A stretch of 64,000 bases of DNA from Eledone cirrhosa. Its lineage: Eukaryota. Position numbers and translations under genes: made by a program. The first letter of the stretch is position 1, and every line of letters starts with the position of its first letter. Positions 1 to 15,000 of this stretch are shown piece by piece. The notes beneath the pieces are model-generated. The model worked only from the letters and a program-made list of their open reading frames with translations. It had not been told where the DNA came from and did not search any database. The stretch is taken from positions 206,398,001 to 206,462,000 of the forward strand of contig OZ024743.1 in assembly GCA_964016885.1 (NCBI GenBank), read 5' to 3'.

Positions 1-3000
1 ATTATCTCTCTTTGGACGGCTGGAAATTATCTCCCCTTGATTTTTTTTACAAATTATCACCCCCTGATTTTTTTTACAAATCTCCCAGTGATTTTTTTAA
101 AAAAATTATCTCCCCTTCGCTGGCTGGAAATTATCTCCCCTTGGACGCTGGAAATTATAGCCCCTTGGAGGGCTGGAAGTTATCTTCCCTTGGAGGTCTG
201 GAAATTATCTTTCCTTGGACGGCTGGAAATTATCTTCCCTTGATTTTTTTTACAAATTATCTCCCCCTGATTTTTTTTTACAAATTATCTCCCCCTGATT
301 TTTTTTTTACCAATTATCTCCTACTGATTTTTTTAAAAATTATTTCCCCTTGGACGGCTGGAAATTATCTCCCCTTGGACGGCTGGAAATTATCTCCCCT
401 TGGACGGCTAGAAATTACCTCTCCTTGGACGGCTGAAAATTATCTCCCCTTGGACGGCTGGAAATTATCTCCCCTTGATTTTTTTTACAAATTATCTCCC
501 CCTGATTTTTTTTTACAAATTATCTCCCCCTGATTTTTTTTTACAAATTATCTCCCACTGATTTTTTTTTACAAATTATCTCCTGATTTTTTTTACAAAT
601 TATCTCCCCTTGGCTGGCTGGAAATTATCTCCCCTTGGAGGCTGGAAATTATCTCCCCTTGGACGGCTAGAAATTACCTCTCCTTGGACGGCTGGAAATT
701 ATCTGCCCTTGGACGGCTGGAAATTATCTCTCCTTGGACGGCTGGAAATTATCTGCCCTTGGACGGCTGGAAATTACCTCCATTTGGACGGCTGGAAATT
801 ATTTCCCCTTGATTTTTTTTACAAATTATCTCCACCTGATTTTTTTTTACAAATCTCCCCCTAATTTTAAAAAAAATTATCTCCCCTTCGCTGGCTGGAA
901 ATTATCTTCCTTTGGACGGTTGGAAATTATAGCCGCTTGTAGGGCTGGAAATTATCTCCCCTTGGACGGCTGGGAATTATCTCCCCTTGATTTTTTTACT
1001 AATTATCTCACCCTGATTTTTTTTTACAAATTATCTCCGCCTCATTTTTAAAAAAAAATTATCTCCCCTTGGCTGGATGGAAATTATCTCCCCTTGGACG
1101 GCTGGAAATTATCTCCCATTGATTTCTTCTACAAATTATCTACACCTGATTTTTTTTTTACAAATTATCTCTCCCTGATTTTTTTTTACAAATATCTCCC
1201 CTTGGCTGGCTGGAAATTATCTCCCGTTGGCTGGCTGGAAATTATCTCCCCTTGGACGGCTGGAAATTATCTACCATTGATTTTTTTTACAAATTATCTC
1301 CCCTTGGCTGGCTGGAAATTATCTCCCCTTGGCTGGCTGGAAATTATCTCCCCCTGATATTTTTTTACAAATTAGCTCCCCCTGATTTTTTTTTACAAAT
1401 TATCTCCCCCTGATTTTTTTTTTTACAAATTATCTCCGCCTGATTTTTTTAAAATTATCTCCCCTTGGCTGGATGGAAATTATCTCCCCTTGGACGGCTG
1501 GAAATTATCTCCCCTTGGAAGGATGGAAATTATCTCCCCTTGGACGGCTGGAAATTATCTCCCCTTGCACGGCTGGAAATTATCTCCCCTTGGACGGCTA
1601 GAAATTACCTCTCCTTGGACGGCTGAAAATTATCTCCCCTTGGACGGCTGGAAATTATCTCCCCCTGATTTTTTTTACAAATTATCTCCCCTTGCACGGC
1701 TGGAAATTATCTCCCCTTGGACGGCTGGAAATTATCTGCCCTTGATTTTGTTTTTACAAATTATCTCCCCCTGATTTTTTTTACAAATTATCTCCACCTG
1801 ATATTTAAAAAAATTATCTCCCCTTGGACGGCTGGAAATTATCTCCCCTTGGCTGGAAATTATCTCCCCTTGGACGATTAGAAATTATCTCTCTTTGGAC
1901 GGCTGGAAATTATCTCCCCTTGATTTTTTTTACAAATTATCTCCCCCTGATTTTTTTTACAAATCTCCCAGTGATTTTTAAAAAAAAATTATCTTCCCTT
2001 CGCTGGCTGGAAATTACCTCCCCTTGGACGCTGGAAATTATAGACCCTTGGAGGGCTGGAAATTATCTTCCCTTGGACGGCTGGAAATTATCTCCCCTTG
2101 ATTTTTTTTACATATTATCACCCCTGATTTTTTTTTACAAATTATCTCCCCCTGATTTTTTTTACAAATTATCTCCCCCTGATTTTTTTACAAATTATCT
2201 CCCCTTGGCTGGGTGGAAATTATCTCCCCTTGGAGGCTGGAATTTATCTCCGCTTGGACGGCTGGAAATTATCTCCCCTTGGACGGCTAGAAATTATCTC
2301 CCCTTGAACGGCTGGAAATTATCTCCCCTTGGACGGCTGGAAATTATCTCCCCTTGGAAGGATGGAAATTATCTCCCCTTGGACGGCTGGAAATTATCTC
2401 CCCTTGCACGGCTGGAAATTATCTTCCCTTGGACGGCTAGAAATTACCTCTCCTTGGACGGCTGAAAATTATCTCCCCTTGGACGGCTGGAAATTATCTC
2501 CCCCTGATTTTTTTTACAAATTATCTCCCCTTGCAAGGCTGGAAATTATCTCCCCTTGGACGGCTGGAAATTATCTGCCCTTGATTTTGTTTTTACAAAT
2601 TATCTCCCCCTGATTTTTTTTACAAATTATCTGCCCCTGATTTTTTTTTTACAAATTATCTCCCCTTGGACGGCTGGAAATTATCTCCCCTTGGACGGCT
2701 GGAAATTATCTCCCCTTGATTTTTTTACAAATTATCTCCACCTGATTTTTTTTTTACAAATTATCTCCGCCTGATTTTTTTTAAAAATTATCTCCCCTTG
2801 GACGGCTGGAAATTATCTCCCCTTGGACGGCTGGAAATTATCTCCCCTTGATTTTTTTTTCCAAATTATCTCCCCCTGATTTTTTTTTACAAATTATCTA
2901 CCCCTGATTTTTTTTTACAAATTATCTCCCCCTGATTTTTTTTACAAATTATCTCCCCCTGATTTTTTTTTTACAAATTATCTCCCCCCGATTTTTTTAC

Positions 3001-6000
3001 AAATTATCTCCCCCTGATTTTTTTTACAAATTATCTCCGCCTGATTTTTTAAAGTATTATCTTCCCTTGGCTGGCGGGAAATTATCTCCCCTTGGACGGC
3101 TGGAAATTATCTCCCCTTGGAAGGATGGAAATTATCTCCCCTTGGACGGCTGGAAATTATCTCCCCTTGCACTGCTGGAAATTATCTCGCCTTGGACGGC
3201 TGGAAATTATCTGCCCTTGATTTTGTTTTTACAAATTATCTTCCCCTGATTTTTTTTACAAATTATCTCCACCTGATTTTTTAAAAAATTATCTCCCCTT
3301 GGACGGCTGGAAATTATCTCCCCTTGGCTGGAAATTATCTCCCTTTGGCTGGCTGGAAATTATCTCCCCCTGATATTTTTTTACAAATTAGCTCCCCCTG
3401 ATTTTTTTTTACAAATTATCTCCCCCTGATTTTTTTCACAAATTATCTCCCCCTGATTTTTTTTACAAATTATCTCCTCTGATTTAAAAAAAAAAATTAT
3501 CTCCCCTTGGACGGCTGGAAATTATCTCCCCTTGGACGGCTGGAAATTATCGCCCCCTGATTTGTTTTAACAAATTATCTCCACCTGATTTTTTTACAAA
3601 TCATCTCCGCCTGATTTTTTAAAAAAATTATCTCCCTTGGCTTGCTGGAAATTATCTCCCCTTGGACGGCTATAAATTATCTCTCCTTCGACGGCTGGAA
3701 ATTATCTCCACTTGATTTTTTTACAAATTATCTCCCCGTGATTTTTTTTTACCAATCTACCCCTGATTTAAAAAAAAAAATTATCTCCCCTTCGCTGGCT
3801 GGAAATTATCTCCCCTTGGACGGCTGGAAATTATCTCCCCTTGATTTTTTTTACAAATTATCTCCCCCTGATTTTTTTTTACAAATTATCTCCCCCTGAT
3901 TTTTTTTTTTACAAATTATCTCCGCCTGATTTTTTAAAAATTATCTCTCCTTGGCTGGATGGAAATCATCTCCCCCTGATTTTTTTTACAAATTATCTCC
4001 CCTTGCACGGCTGGAAATTATCTCCCCTTGGACGGCTGGAAATTATCTCCCGTTGGCTGCAAATTATCTCCCCTTGGACGGCTAGAAATTACCTCTCTTT
4101 GGACGGCTGGAAATTATCTCCCCTTGATTTTTTTTTACAAATTATCTACCCCTGATTTTTTTACAAATCTCCCAGTGATTTTTTTAAAAAAATTATCTCC
4201 CCTTCGCTGGCTGGAAATTATCTCCCCTTGGACGCTGGAAATTATAGCCCCTTGGAGGGCTGGAAATTATCTTCCCTTGGACGGCTGGAAATTATCTCCC
4301 CCTGATTTTTTTTTACAAATTATCTCCCCGATTTTTTTCTACAAATTATCTCCCCCTGATTTTTTTTTTACAAATTATCTCCGCCTGATTTTTTAAAAAA
4401 AATTATCTCCCCTTGGACGGCTGGAAATTATCTCCCCTTGGACGGCTGGAAATTATCTCCCCTAGGACGGCTAGAAATTACCTCTCCTTGGACGGCTGAA
4501 AATTATCTCCCCTTGGACGGCTGGAAATTATCTCCCCTTGATTTTTTTACAAATTATCTCCCTCTGATTTTTTTTTACAAATTATCTCCCCCTGATTTTT
4601 TTTTACAAATTATCTCCCCCTGATTTTTTTTTACAAATTATCTCCCCCTGAATTTTTTACAAATTATCTCCCCTTGGCTGGCTGGCAATTATCTCCCCTT
4701 GGAGGTTGGAATTTATCTCCCCTTGGACGGCTGGAAATTATCTCCCCTTGGACGGCTAGAAATTACCTCTCCTTGTACGGCTGGAAATTATCTCCCCTTG
4801 AACGGCTGGAAATTATCTCCCCTTGGACGGCTGGAAATTATCTCCCCTTGGACGGCTGGAAATTACCTCTCCTTGGACGGCTGGAAATTATCTCCCCTTG
4901 GACGGCTGGAAATTATCTCCCCTTGGACGGCTGGAAATTATTTCCCCTTGATTTTTTTTACAAATTATCTCCCCCTGATTTTTTTTACAAATCTCCCCCT
5001 AATTTAAAAAAAAATTATCTCCCCTTCGCTGGCTGGAAATTATCTCCCTTTGGACGGCTTGAAATTATAGCTGCTTGTAGGGCTGGAAATTATCTCCCCT
5101 TGGACGGCTGGAAATTACCTCTCCTTGGACGGCTGAAAATTATCTCCCCTTGGACGGCTGGAAATTATCTCCCCCTGATTTTTTTTTTAAAATTATCTCC
5201 CCTTGGCTGGATGGAAATTTTCTCCCCTTGGACGGCTGGAAATTATCTCCCCTTTATGTTTTCTACAAATTATCTACCCCTGATTTTTTTTTTACAAATT
5301 ATCTCTCCCTGATTTTTTTTACAAATATCTCCCCTTGGCTGGCTGGAAATTATCTCCCCTTGGCTGGCTGGAAATTATCTCCCCTTGGACGGCTGGAAAT
5401 TATCTCCCCTTGGACGCCTAGAAATCACCTCTACTTGGACAGCTGTAAATTATCTCCCCTTGGACGGCTGGAAATTATCTCGCCTTGGACGGCTGGAAAT
5501 TATCTCCCCTTGATTTTGTATACAAATTATCTCCCCCTGATTTTTTTTTACAAATTATCTGCCCCTGATTATTTTTTTACAAATTAGCTCCGCCTGATTT
5601 TTTTAAAAAATTATCTCCCCTTGGACGGCTGGAAATTATCTCCCCTTGGACGGCTGGAAATTATCTCCCCTTGGACGGCTGGAAATTATCTCCCCTTGAT
5701 TTTTTTACAAATTATCTCCCCCTGATTTTTTTTTTACAAATTATCTCCGCCTGATTTTTTTTAAAAATTATCTCCCCTTGGACGGCTGGAAATTATCTCC
5801 CCTTGGACGGCTGGAAATTATCTCCCCTTGATTTTTTTTTCCAAATTATCTCCCCCTGATTTTTTTTTACAAATTATCTACCCCTGATTTTTTTTACAAA
5901 TTATCTCCCCCTAATTTTTTTTACAAATTATCTCCCCCTGATTTTTTTTACAAATTATCTCCCCCTGATTTTTTTTACAAATTATCTCCGCCTGATTTTT

Positions 6001-9000
6001 TTTAATATTATCTTCCCTTGGCTGGCGGGAAATTATCTCCCCTTGGACGGCTGGAAATTATCTCCCCTTGGAAGGATGGAAATTATCTCCCCTTGGACGG
6101 CTGGAAATTATCTCCCCTTGGACGGCTGGAAATTATCTGCCCTTGATTTTGTTTTTACAAATTATCTTCCCCTGATTTTTTTACAAATTATCTCCACCTG
6201 ATTTTTAAAAAAATTATCTCCCCTTGGACGGCTGGAAATTATCTCCCCTTGGCTGGAAATTATCTCCCCTTGGACGGCTAGAAATTATCTCTCTTTGGAC
6301 GGCTGGAAATTATCTCCCCTTGATTTTTTTTACAAATTATCTCCCCCTGATTTTTTTTACAAATCTCCCAGTGATTTTTTAAAAAAAATTATCTCCCCTT
6401 CGCTGGCTGGAAATTATCTCCCCTTGGACGCTGGAAATTATAGCCCCTTGGAGGGCTGGAAGTTATCTTCCCTTGGAGGGCTGGAAATTATCTTCCCTTG
6501 GACGGCTAGAAATTACCTCTCCTTGGACGGCTGAAAATTATCTCTCCTTGGACGGCTGGAAATTATCTCCCCTTGATTTTTTTTACAAATTATCTCCCCC
6601 TGATTTTTTTTTCAAATTATCTCCCCCTGATTTTTTTTTTACAAATTATCTCCCCTTGGACGGCTGGAAATTATCTCCCCTTGGACGGCTGGAAATTATC
6701 TTCCCTTGGACGGCTAGAAATTACCTCTCCTTGGACGGCTGAAAATTATCTCCCCTTGGACGGCTGGAAATTATCTCCCCTTTATGTCTTCTACAAATTA
6801 TCTACCCCTGATTTTATTTTACAAATTATCTCTCCCTGATTTTTTTTACAAATATCTCCCCTTGGTTGGCTGGAAATTATCTCCCCTTGGCTGGCTGGAA
6901 ATTATCTCCCCTTGGACGCCTAGAAATTACCTCTCCTTGGACAGCTGTAAATTATCTCCCCTTGGACGGCTGGAAATTATCTCGCCTTGGACGGCTGGAA
7001 ATTATCTCCCCTTGATTTTGTATACAAATTATCTCCCCCTGATTTTTTTTTACAAATTATCTGCCCCTGATTATTTATTTTACAAATTAGCTCCGCCTGA
7101 TTTTTTTTAAAAATTATCTCCCCTTGGACGGCTGGAAATTATCTCCCCTTGGACGGCTGGAAATTATCTCCCCTTGATTTTTTTACAAATTATCTCCCCC
7201 TGATTTTTTTTTTACAAATTATCTCCCCCTGATTTTTTTTTACAAATTATCTCCCCCTATTTTTTTTTACAAATTATTTCACCCTGATTTTTTTTACAAA
7301 TTATCTCCGCCTGATTTTTTTAAATATGATCTTCCCTTGGCTGGCGGAAAATTATCTCCCCTTGGACGCCTGGAAATTATCTCCCCTTGGAAGGATGGAA
7401 ATTATCTCCCCTTGGACGGCTGGAAATTATCTCCCCTTGCACTGCTGGAAATTATCTCCCCTTGGACGGCTGGAAATTATCTGCCCTTGATTTTGATTTT
7501 ACAAATTATCTTCCCCTGATTTTTTTTACAAATTATTTCCACCTGATTTTTTAAAAAATTATCTCCCCTTGGACGGCTGGAAATTATCTCCCCTTGGCTG
7601 GAAATTATCTCCCCTTGGACGATTAGAAATTATCTCTCTTTGGACGGCTGGAAATTATCTCCCCTTGATTTTTTTTACAAATTATCTCCCCCTGATTTTT
7701 TTTACAAATCTCCCAGTGATTTTTTAAAAAAAATTATCTCCCCTTCGCTGGCTGGAAATTATCTCCCCTTGGACGCTGGAAATTATAGCCCCTTGGAGGG
7801 CTGGAAGTTATCTTCCCTTGGAGGGCTGGAAATTATCTTCCCTTGGACGGCTGGAAATTATCTCCCCTTGATTTTTTTTACAAATTATCTCCCCCTGATT
7901 TTTTTTTACAAATTATCTCCCCCTGATTTTTTTTTTACCAATTATCTCCACCTGATTTTTTTAAAAATTATTTCCCCTTGGACGGCTGGAAATTATCTCC
8001 CCTTGGACGGCTGGAAATTATCTCCCCTTGGACGGCTAGAAATTACCTCTCCTTGGACGGCTGAAAATTATCTCCCCTTGGACGGCTGGAAATTATCTCC
8101 CCTTGATTTTTTTTACAAATTATCTCCCCCTGATTTTTTTTTACAAATTATCTCCCCCTGATTTTTTTTTACAAATTATCTCCCCCTGATTTTTTTTTAC
8201 AAATTATCTCCTGATTTTTTTTACAAATTATCTCCCCTTGGCTGGCTGGAAATTATCTCCCCTTGGAGGCTGGAAATTATCTCCCCTTGGACGGCTAGAA
8301 ATTACCTCTCCTTGGACGGCTGGAAATTATCTGCCCTTGGACGGCTGGAAATTATCTCTCCTTGGACGGCTGGAAATTATCTGCCCTTGGACGGCTGGAA
8401 ATTATATCCCCTTGGACGGCTGGAAATTATTTCCCCTTGATTTTTTTTACAAATTATCTCCCCCTGATTTTTTTTTACAAATCTCCCCCTAATTTAAAAA
8501 AAAATTATCTCCCCTTCGCTGGCTGGAAATTATCTTCCTTTGGACGGTTGGAAATTATAGCCGCTTGTAGGGCTGGAAATTATCTCCCCTTGGACGGCTG
8601 GGAATTATCTCCCCTTGATTTTTTTACTAATTATCTCACCCTGATTTTTTTTTACAAATTATCTCCGCCTCATTTTTTAAAAAAAATTATCTCCCCTTGG
8701 CTGGATGGAAATTATCTCCCCTTGGACGGCTGGAAATTATCTCCCATTGATTTCTTCTACAAATTATCTACCCCTGATTTTTTTTTTACAAATTATCTCT
8801 CCCTGATTTTTTTTTACAAATATCTCCCCTTGGCTGGCTGGAAATTATCTCCCGTTGGCTGGCTGGAAATTATCTCCCCTTGGACGGCTGGAAATTATCT
8901 CCCATTGATTTTTTTTACAAATTATCTCCCCTTGGCTGGCTGGAAATTATCTCCCCTTGGCTGGCTGGAAATTATCTCCCCTTGATATTTTTTTACAAAT

Positions 9001-12000
9001 TAGCTCCCCCTGATTTTTTTTTACAAATTATCTCCCCCTGATTTTTTTTTTTACAAATTATCTCCGCCTGATTTTTTTAAAATTATCTCCCCTTGGCTGG
9101 ATGGAAATTATCTCCCCTTGGACGGCTGGAAATTATCTCCCCTTGGAAGGATCGAAATTATCTCCCCTTGGACGGCTGGAAATTATCTCCCCTTGCACGG
9201 CTGGAAATTATCTTCCCTTGGACGGCTAGAAATTACCTCTCCTTGGACGGCTGAAAATTATCTCCCCTTGGACGGCTGGAAATTATCTCCCCCTGATTTT
9301 TTTTACAAATTATCTCCCCTTGCACGGCTGGAAATTATCTCCCCTTGGACGGCTGGAAATTATCTGCCCTTGATTTTGTTTTTACAAATTATCTCCCCCT
9401 GATTTTTTTTACAAATTATCTCCACCTGATATTTAAAAAAATTATCTCCCCTTGGACGGCTGGAAATTATCTCCCCTTGGCTGGAAATTATCTCCCCTTG
9501 GACGATTAGAAATTATCTCTGTTTGGACGGCTGGAAATTATCTCCCCTTGATTTTTTTTACAAATTATCTCCCCCTGATTTTTTTTACAAATCTCTCAGT
9601 GATTTTTAAAAAAAAATTATCTCCCCTTCGCTGGCTGGAAATTACCTCCCCTTGGACGCTGGAAATTATAGCCCCTTGGAGGGCTGGAAATTATCTTCCC
9701 TTGGACGGCTGGAAATTATCTCCCCTTGATTTTTTTTACATATTATCACCCCTGATTTTTTTTTACAAATTATCTCCCCCTGATTTTTTTTACAAATTAT
9801 CTCCCCCTGATTTTTTTACAAATTATCTCCCCTTGGCTGGGTGGAAATTATCTCCCCTTGGAGGCTGGAATTTATCTCCCCTTGGACGGCTGGAAATTAT
9901 CTCCCCTTGGACGGCTAGAAATTATCTCCCCTTGAACGGCTGGAAATTATCTCCCCTTGGACAGCTGGAAATTATCTCCCCTTGGAAGGATGGAAATTAT
10001 CTCCCCTTGGACGGCTGGAAATTATCTCCCCTTGCACGGCTGGAAATTATCTTCCCTTGGACGGCTAGAAATTACCTCTCCTTGGACGGCTGAAAATTAT
10101 CTCCCCTTGGACGGCTGGAAATTATCTCCCCCTGATTTTTTTTACAAATTATCTCCCCTTGCACGGCTGGAAATTATCTCCCCTTGGACGGCTGGAAATT
10201 ATCTGCCCTTGATTTTGTTTTTACAAATTATCTCCCCCTGATTTTTTTTACAAATTATCTGCCCCTGATTTTTTTTTTACAAATTATCTCCGCCTGATTT
10301 TTTTTAAAAATTATCTCCCCCTGGACGGCTGGAAATTATCTCCCCTTGGACGGCTGGAAATTATCTCCCCTTGATTTTTTTACAAATTATCTCCCCCTGA
10401 TTTTTTTTTTACAAATTATCTTCGCCTGATTTTTTTTTTAAATTATCTCCCCTTGGACGGCTGGAAATTATCTCCCCTTGGACGGCTGGAAATTATTTCC
10501 CCTTGATTTTTTTTCCAAATTATCTCCCCCTGATTTTTTTTTACAAATTATCTACCCCTGATTTTTTTTTACAAATTATCTCCCCCTGATTTTTTTTACA
10601 AATTATCTCCCCCTGATTTTTTTTTTACAAATTATCTCCCCCCGATTTTTTTACAAATTATCTCCCCCTGATTTTTTTTACAAATTATCTCCGCCTGATT
10701 TTTTAAAGTATTATCTTCCCTTGGCTGGCGGGAAATTATCTCCCCTTGGACGGCTGGAAATTATCTCCCCTTGGAAGGATGGAAATTATCTCCCCTTGGA
10801 CGGCTGGAAATTATCTCCCCTTGCACTGCTGGAAATTATCTCCCCTTGGACGGCTGGAAATTATCTGCCCTTGATTTTGTTTTTACAAATTATCTTCCCC
10901 TGATTTTTTTTACAAATTATCTCCACCTGATTTTTTAAAAAATTATCTCGCCTTGGACGGCTGGAAATTATCTCCCCTTGGCTGGAAATTATCTCCCTTT
11001 GGCTGGCTGGAAATTATCTCCCCCTGATATTTTTTTACAAATTAGCTCCCCCTGATTTTTTTTTACAAATTATCTCCCCCTGATTTTTTTCACAAATTAT
11101 CTCCCCCTGATTTTTTTTACAAATTATCTCCTCTGATTTAAAAAAAAAAATTATCTCCCCTTGGACGGCTGGAAATTATCGCCCCCTGATTTGTTTTAAC
11201 AAATTATCTCCACCTGATTTTTTTACAAATCATCTCCGCCTGATTTTTTAAAAAAATTATCTCCCTTGGCTTGCTGGAAATTATCTCCCCTTGGACGGCT
11301 ATAAATTATCTCTCCTTCGACGGCTGGAAATTATCTCCACTTGATTTTTTTACAAATTATCTCCCCGTGATTTTTTTTTACCAATCTACGCCTGATTTAA
11401 AAAAAAAATTATCTCCCCTTCGCTGGCTGGAAATTATCTCCCCTTGGACGGCTGGAAATTATCTCCCTTTGATTTTTTTTACAAATTATCTCCCCCTGAT
11501 TTTTTTTTACAAATTATCTCCCCCTGATTTTTTTTTTTACAAATTATCTCCGCCAGATTTTTTTAAAATTATCTCTCCTTGGCTGGATGGAAATCATCTC
11601 CCCCTGATTTTTTTTACAAATTATCTCCCCTTGCACGGCTGGAAATTATCTCCCCTTGGACGGCTGGAAATTATCTCCCGTTGGCTGCAAATTATCTCCC
11701 CTTGGACGGCTAGAAATTACCTCTCTTTGGACGGCTGGAAATTATCTCCCCTTGATTTTTTTTACAAATTATCTCCCCCTGATTTTTTTTAGAAATCTCC
11801 CAGTGATTTTTTTAAAAAAATTATCTCCCCTTCGCTGGCTGAAAATTATCTCCCCTTGGACGCTGGAAATTATAGCCCCTTGGAGGGCTGGAAATTATCT
11901 TCCCTTGGACGGCTGGAAATTATCTCCCCTTGATTTTTTTTACATATTATCTCCCCCTGATTTTTTTTTACAAATTATCTCCCCGATTTTTTTCTACAAA

Positions 12001-15000
12001 TTATCTCCCCCTGATTTTTTTTTTACAAATTATCTCCGCCTGATTTTTAAAAAAAAATTATCTCCCCTTGGACGGCTGGAAATTATCTCCCCTTGGACGG
12101 CTGGAAATTATCTCCCCTAGGACGGCTAGAAATTACCTCTCCTTGGACGGCTGAAAATTATCTCCCCTTGGACGGCTGGAAATTATCTCCCCTTGATTTT
12201 TTTTAAAAATTATCTCCCTCTGATTTTTTTTTACAAATTATCTCCCCCTGATTTTTTTTTACAAATTATCTCCCCCTGATTTTTTTTTACAAATTATCTC
12301 CCCCTGATTTTTTTACAAATTATCTCCCCTTGGCTGGCTGGCAATTATCTCCCCTTGGAGGCTGGAATTTATCTCCCCTTGGACGGCTGGAAATTATCTC
12401 CCCTTGGACGGCTAGAAATTACCTCTCCTTGTACGGCTGGAAATTATCTCCCCTTGAACGGCTGGAAATTATCTCCCCTTGGACGGCTGGAAATTATCTC
12501 CCCTTGGACGGCTGGAAATTACCTCTCCTTGGACGGCTGGAAATTATCTCCCCTTGGACGGCTGGAAATTATCTTCCCTTGGACGGCTGGAAATTATTTC
12601 CCCTTGATTTGTTTTACAAATTATCTCCCCCTGATTTTTTTTACAAATCTCCCCCTAATTTAAAAAAAAATTATCTCCCCTTCGCTGGCTGGAAATTATC
12701 TCCCTTTGGACGGCTTGAAATTATAGCTGCTTGTAGGGCTGGAAATTATCTCCCCTTGGACGGCTGGAAATTACCTCTCCTTGGACGGCTGAAAATTATC
12801 TCCCCTTGGACGGCTGGAAATTATCTCCCCCTGATTTTTTTTTACAAATTATCTCCGCCTGATTTTTTTTAAAAAATTATCTCCCCTTGGCTGGATGGAA
12901 ATTTTCTCCCCTTGGACGGCTGGAAATTATCTCCCCTTTATGTTTTCTACAAATTATCTACCCCTGATTTTTTTTTTACAAATTATCTCTCCCTGATTTT
13001 TTTTACAAATATCTCCCCTTGGCTGGCTGGAAATTATCTCCCCTTGGCTGGCTGGAAATTATCTCCCCTTGGACGGCTGGAAATTATCTCCCCTTGGACG
13101 CCTAGAAATCACCTCTACTTGGACAGCTGTAAATTATCTCCCCTTGGACGGCTGGAAATTATCTCGCCTTGGATGGCTGGAAATTATCTCCCCTTGGACG
13201 GCTGGAAATTATCTGCCCTTGATTTTGTTTTTACAAATTATCTTCCCCTGATTTTTTTTACAAATTATCTCCACCTGATTTTTTAAAAAATTATCTCCCC
13301 TTGGACGGCTGGAAATTATCTCCCCTTGGCTGGAAATTATCTCCCTTTGGCTGGCTGGAAATTATCTCCCCCTGATATTTTTTTACAAATTAGCTCCCCC
13401 TGATTTTTTTTTACAAATTATCTCCCCCTGATTTTTTTCACAAATTATCTCCCCCTGATTTTTTTTACAAATTATCTCCTCTGATTTAAAAAAAAAAATT
13501 ATCTCCCCTTGGACGGCTGGAAATTATCTCCCCTTGGACGGCTGGAAATTATCGCCCCCTGATTTGTTTTAACAAATTATCTCCACCTGATTTTTTTACA
13601 AATCATCTCCGCCTGATTTTTTAAAAAAATTATCTCCCTTGGCTTGCTGGAAATTATCTCCCCTTGGACGGCTATAAATTATCTCTCCTTCGACGGCTGG
13701 AAATTATCTCCACTTGATTTTTTTACAAATTATCTCCCCGTGATTTTTTTTACCAATCTACCCCTGATTTAAAAAAAAAAATTATCTCCCCTTCGCTGGC
13801 TGGAAATTATCTCCCCTTGGACGGCTGGAAATTATCTCCCCTTGATTTTTTTTACAAATTATCTCCCCCTGATTTTTTTTTACAAATTATCTCCCCCTGA
13901 TTTTTTTTTTTACAAATTATCTCCGCCTGATTTTTTAAAAATTATCTCTCCTTGGCTGGATGGAAATCATCTCCCCCTGATTTTTTTTACAAATTATCTC
14001 CCCTTGCACGGCTGGAAATTATCTCCCCTTGGACGGCTGGAAATTATCTCCCGTTGGCTGCAAATTATCTCCCCTTGGACGGCTAGAAATTACCTCTCTT
14101 TGGACGGCTGGAAATTATCTCCCCTTGATTTTTTTTACAAATTATCTCCCCCTGATTTTTTTTACAAATCTCCCAGTGATTTTTAAAAAAAAATTATCTC
14201 CCAGTGATTTTTAAAAAAAAATTATCTCCCCTTCGCTGGCTGGAAATTATCTCCCCTTGGACGCTGGAAATTATAGCCCCTTGGAGGGCTGGAAATTATC
14301 TTCCCTTGGACGGCTGGAAATTATCTCCCCTTGATTTTTTTTACATATTATCTCCCCCTGATTTTTTTTTTACAAATTATCTCCGCCTGATTTTTAAAAA
14401 AAAATATCTCCCCTTGGACGGCTGGAAATTATCTCCCCTTGGCTGGCTGGAAATTATCTCCACTTGGACGGCTGGAAATTATCTCCCCTTGGACGCCTAG
14501 AAATTACCTCTCCTTGGACAGCTGTAAATTATCTCCCCTTGGACGGCTGGAAATTATCTCGCCTTGGACGGCTGGAAATTATCTCCCCTTGATTTTGTAT
14601 ACAAATTATCTCCCCCTGATTTTTTTTTACAAATTATCTGCCCCTGATTATTTTTTTACAAATTAGCTCCGCCTGATTTTTTTTAAAAATTATCTCCCCT
14701 TGGACGGCTGGAAATTATCTCCCCTTGGACGGCTGGAAATTATCTCCCCTTGAACGGCTAGAAATTACCTCTCCTTGGACGGCTGAAAATTATCTCTCCT
14801 TGGACGGCTGGAAATTATCTCCCCTTGATTTTTTTACAAATTATCTCCCCCTGATTTTTTTTTACAAATTATCTACCCCTGATTTTTTTTTCCAAATTAT
14901 CTCCCCCTGATTTTTTTTTACAAATTATCTCCCCCTGATTTTTTTTTACAAATTATCTCCCCCTGATTTTTTTACAAATTATCTCCCCTTGGCTGGCTGG

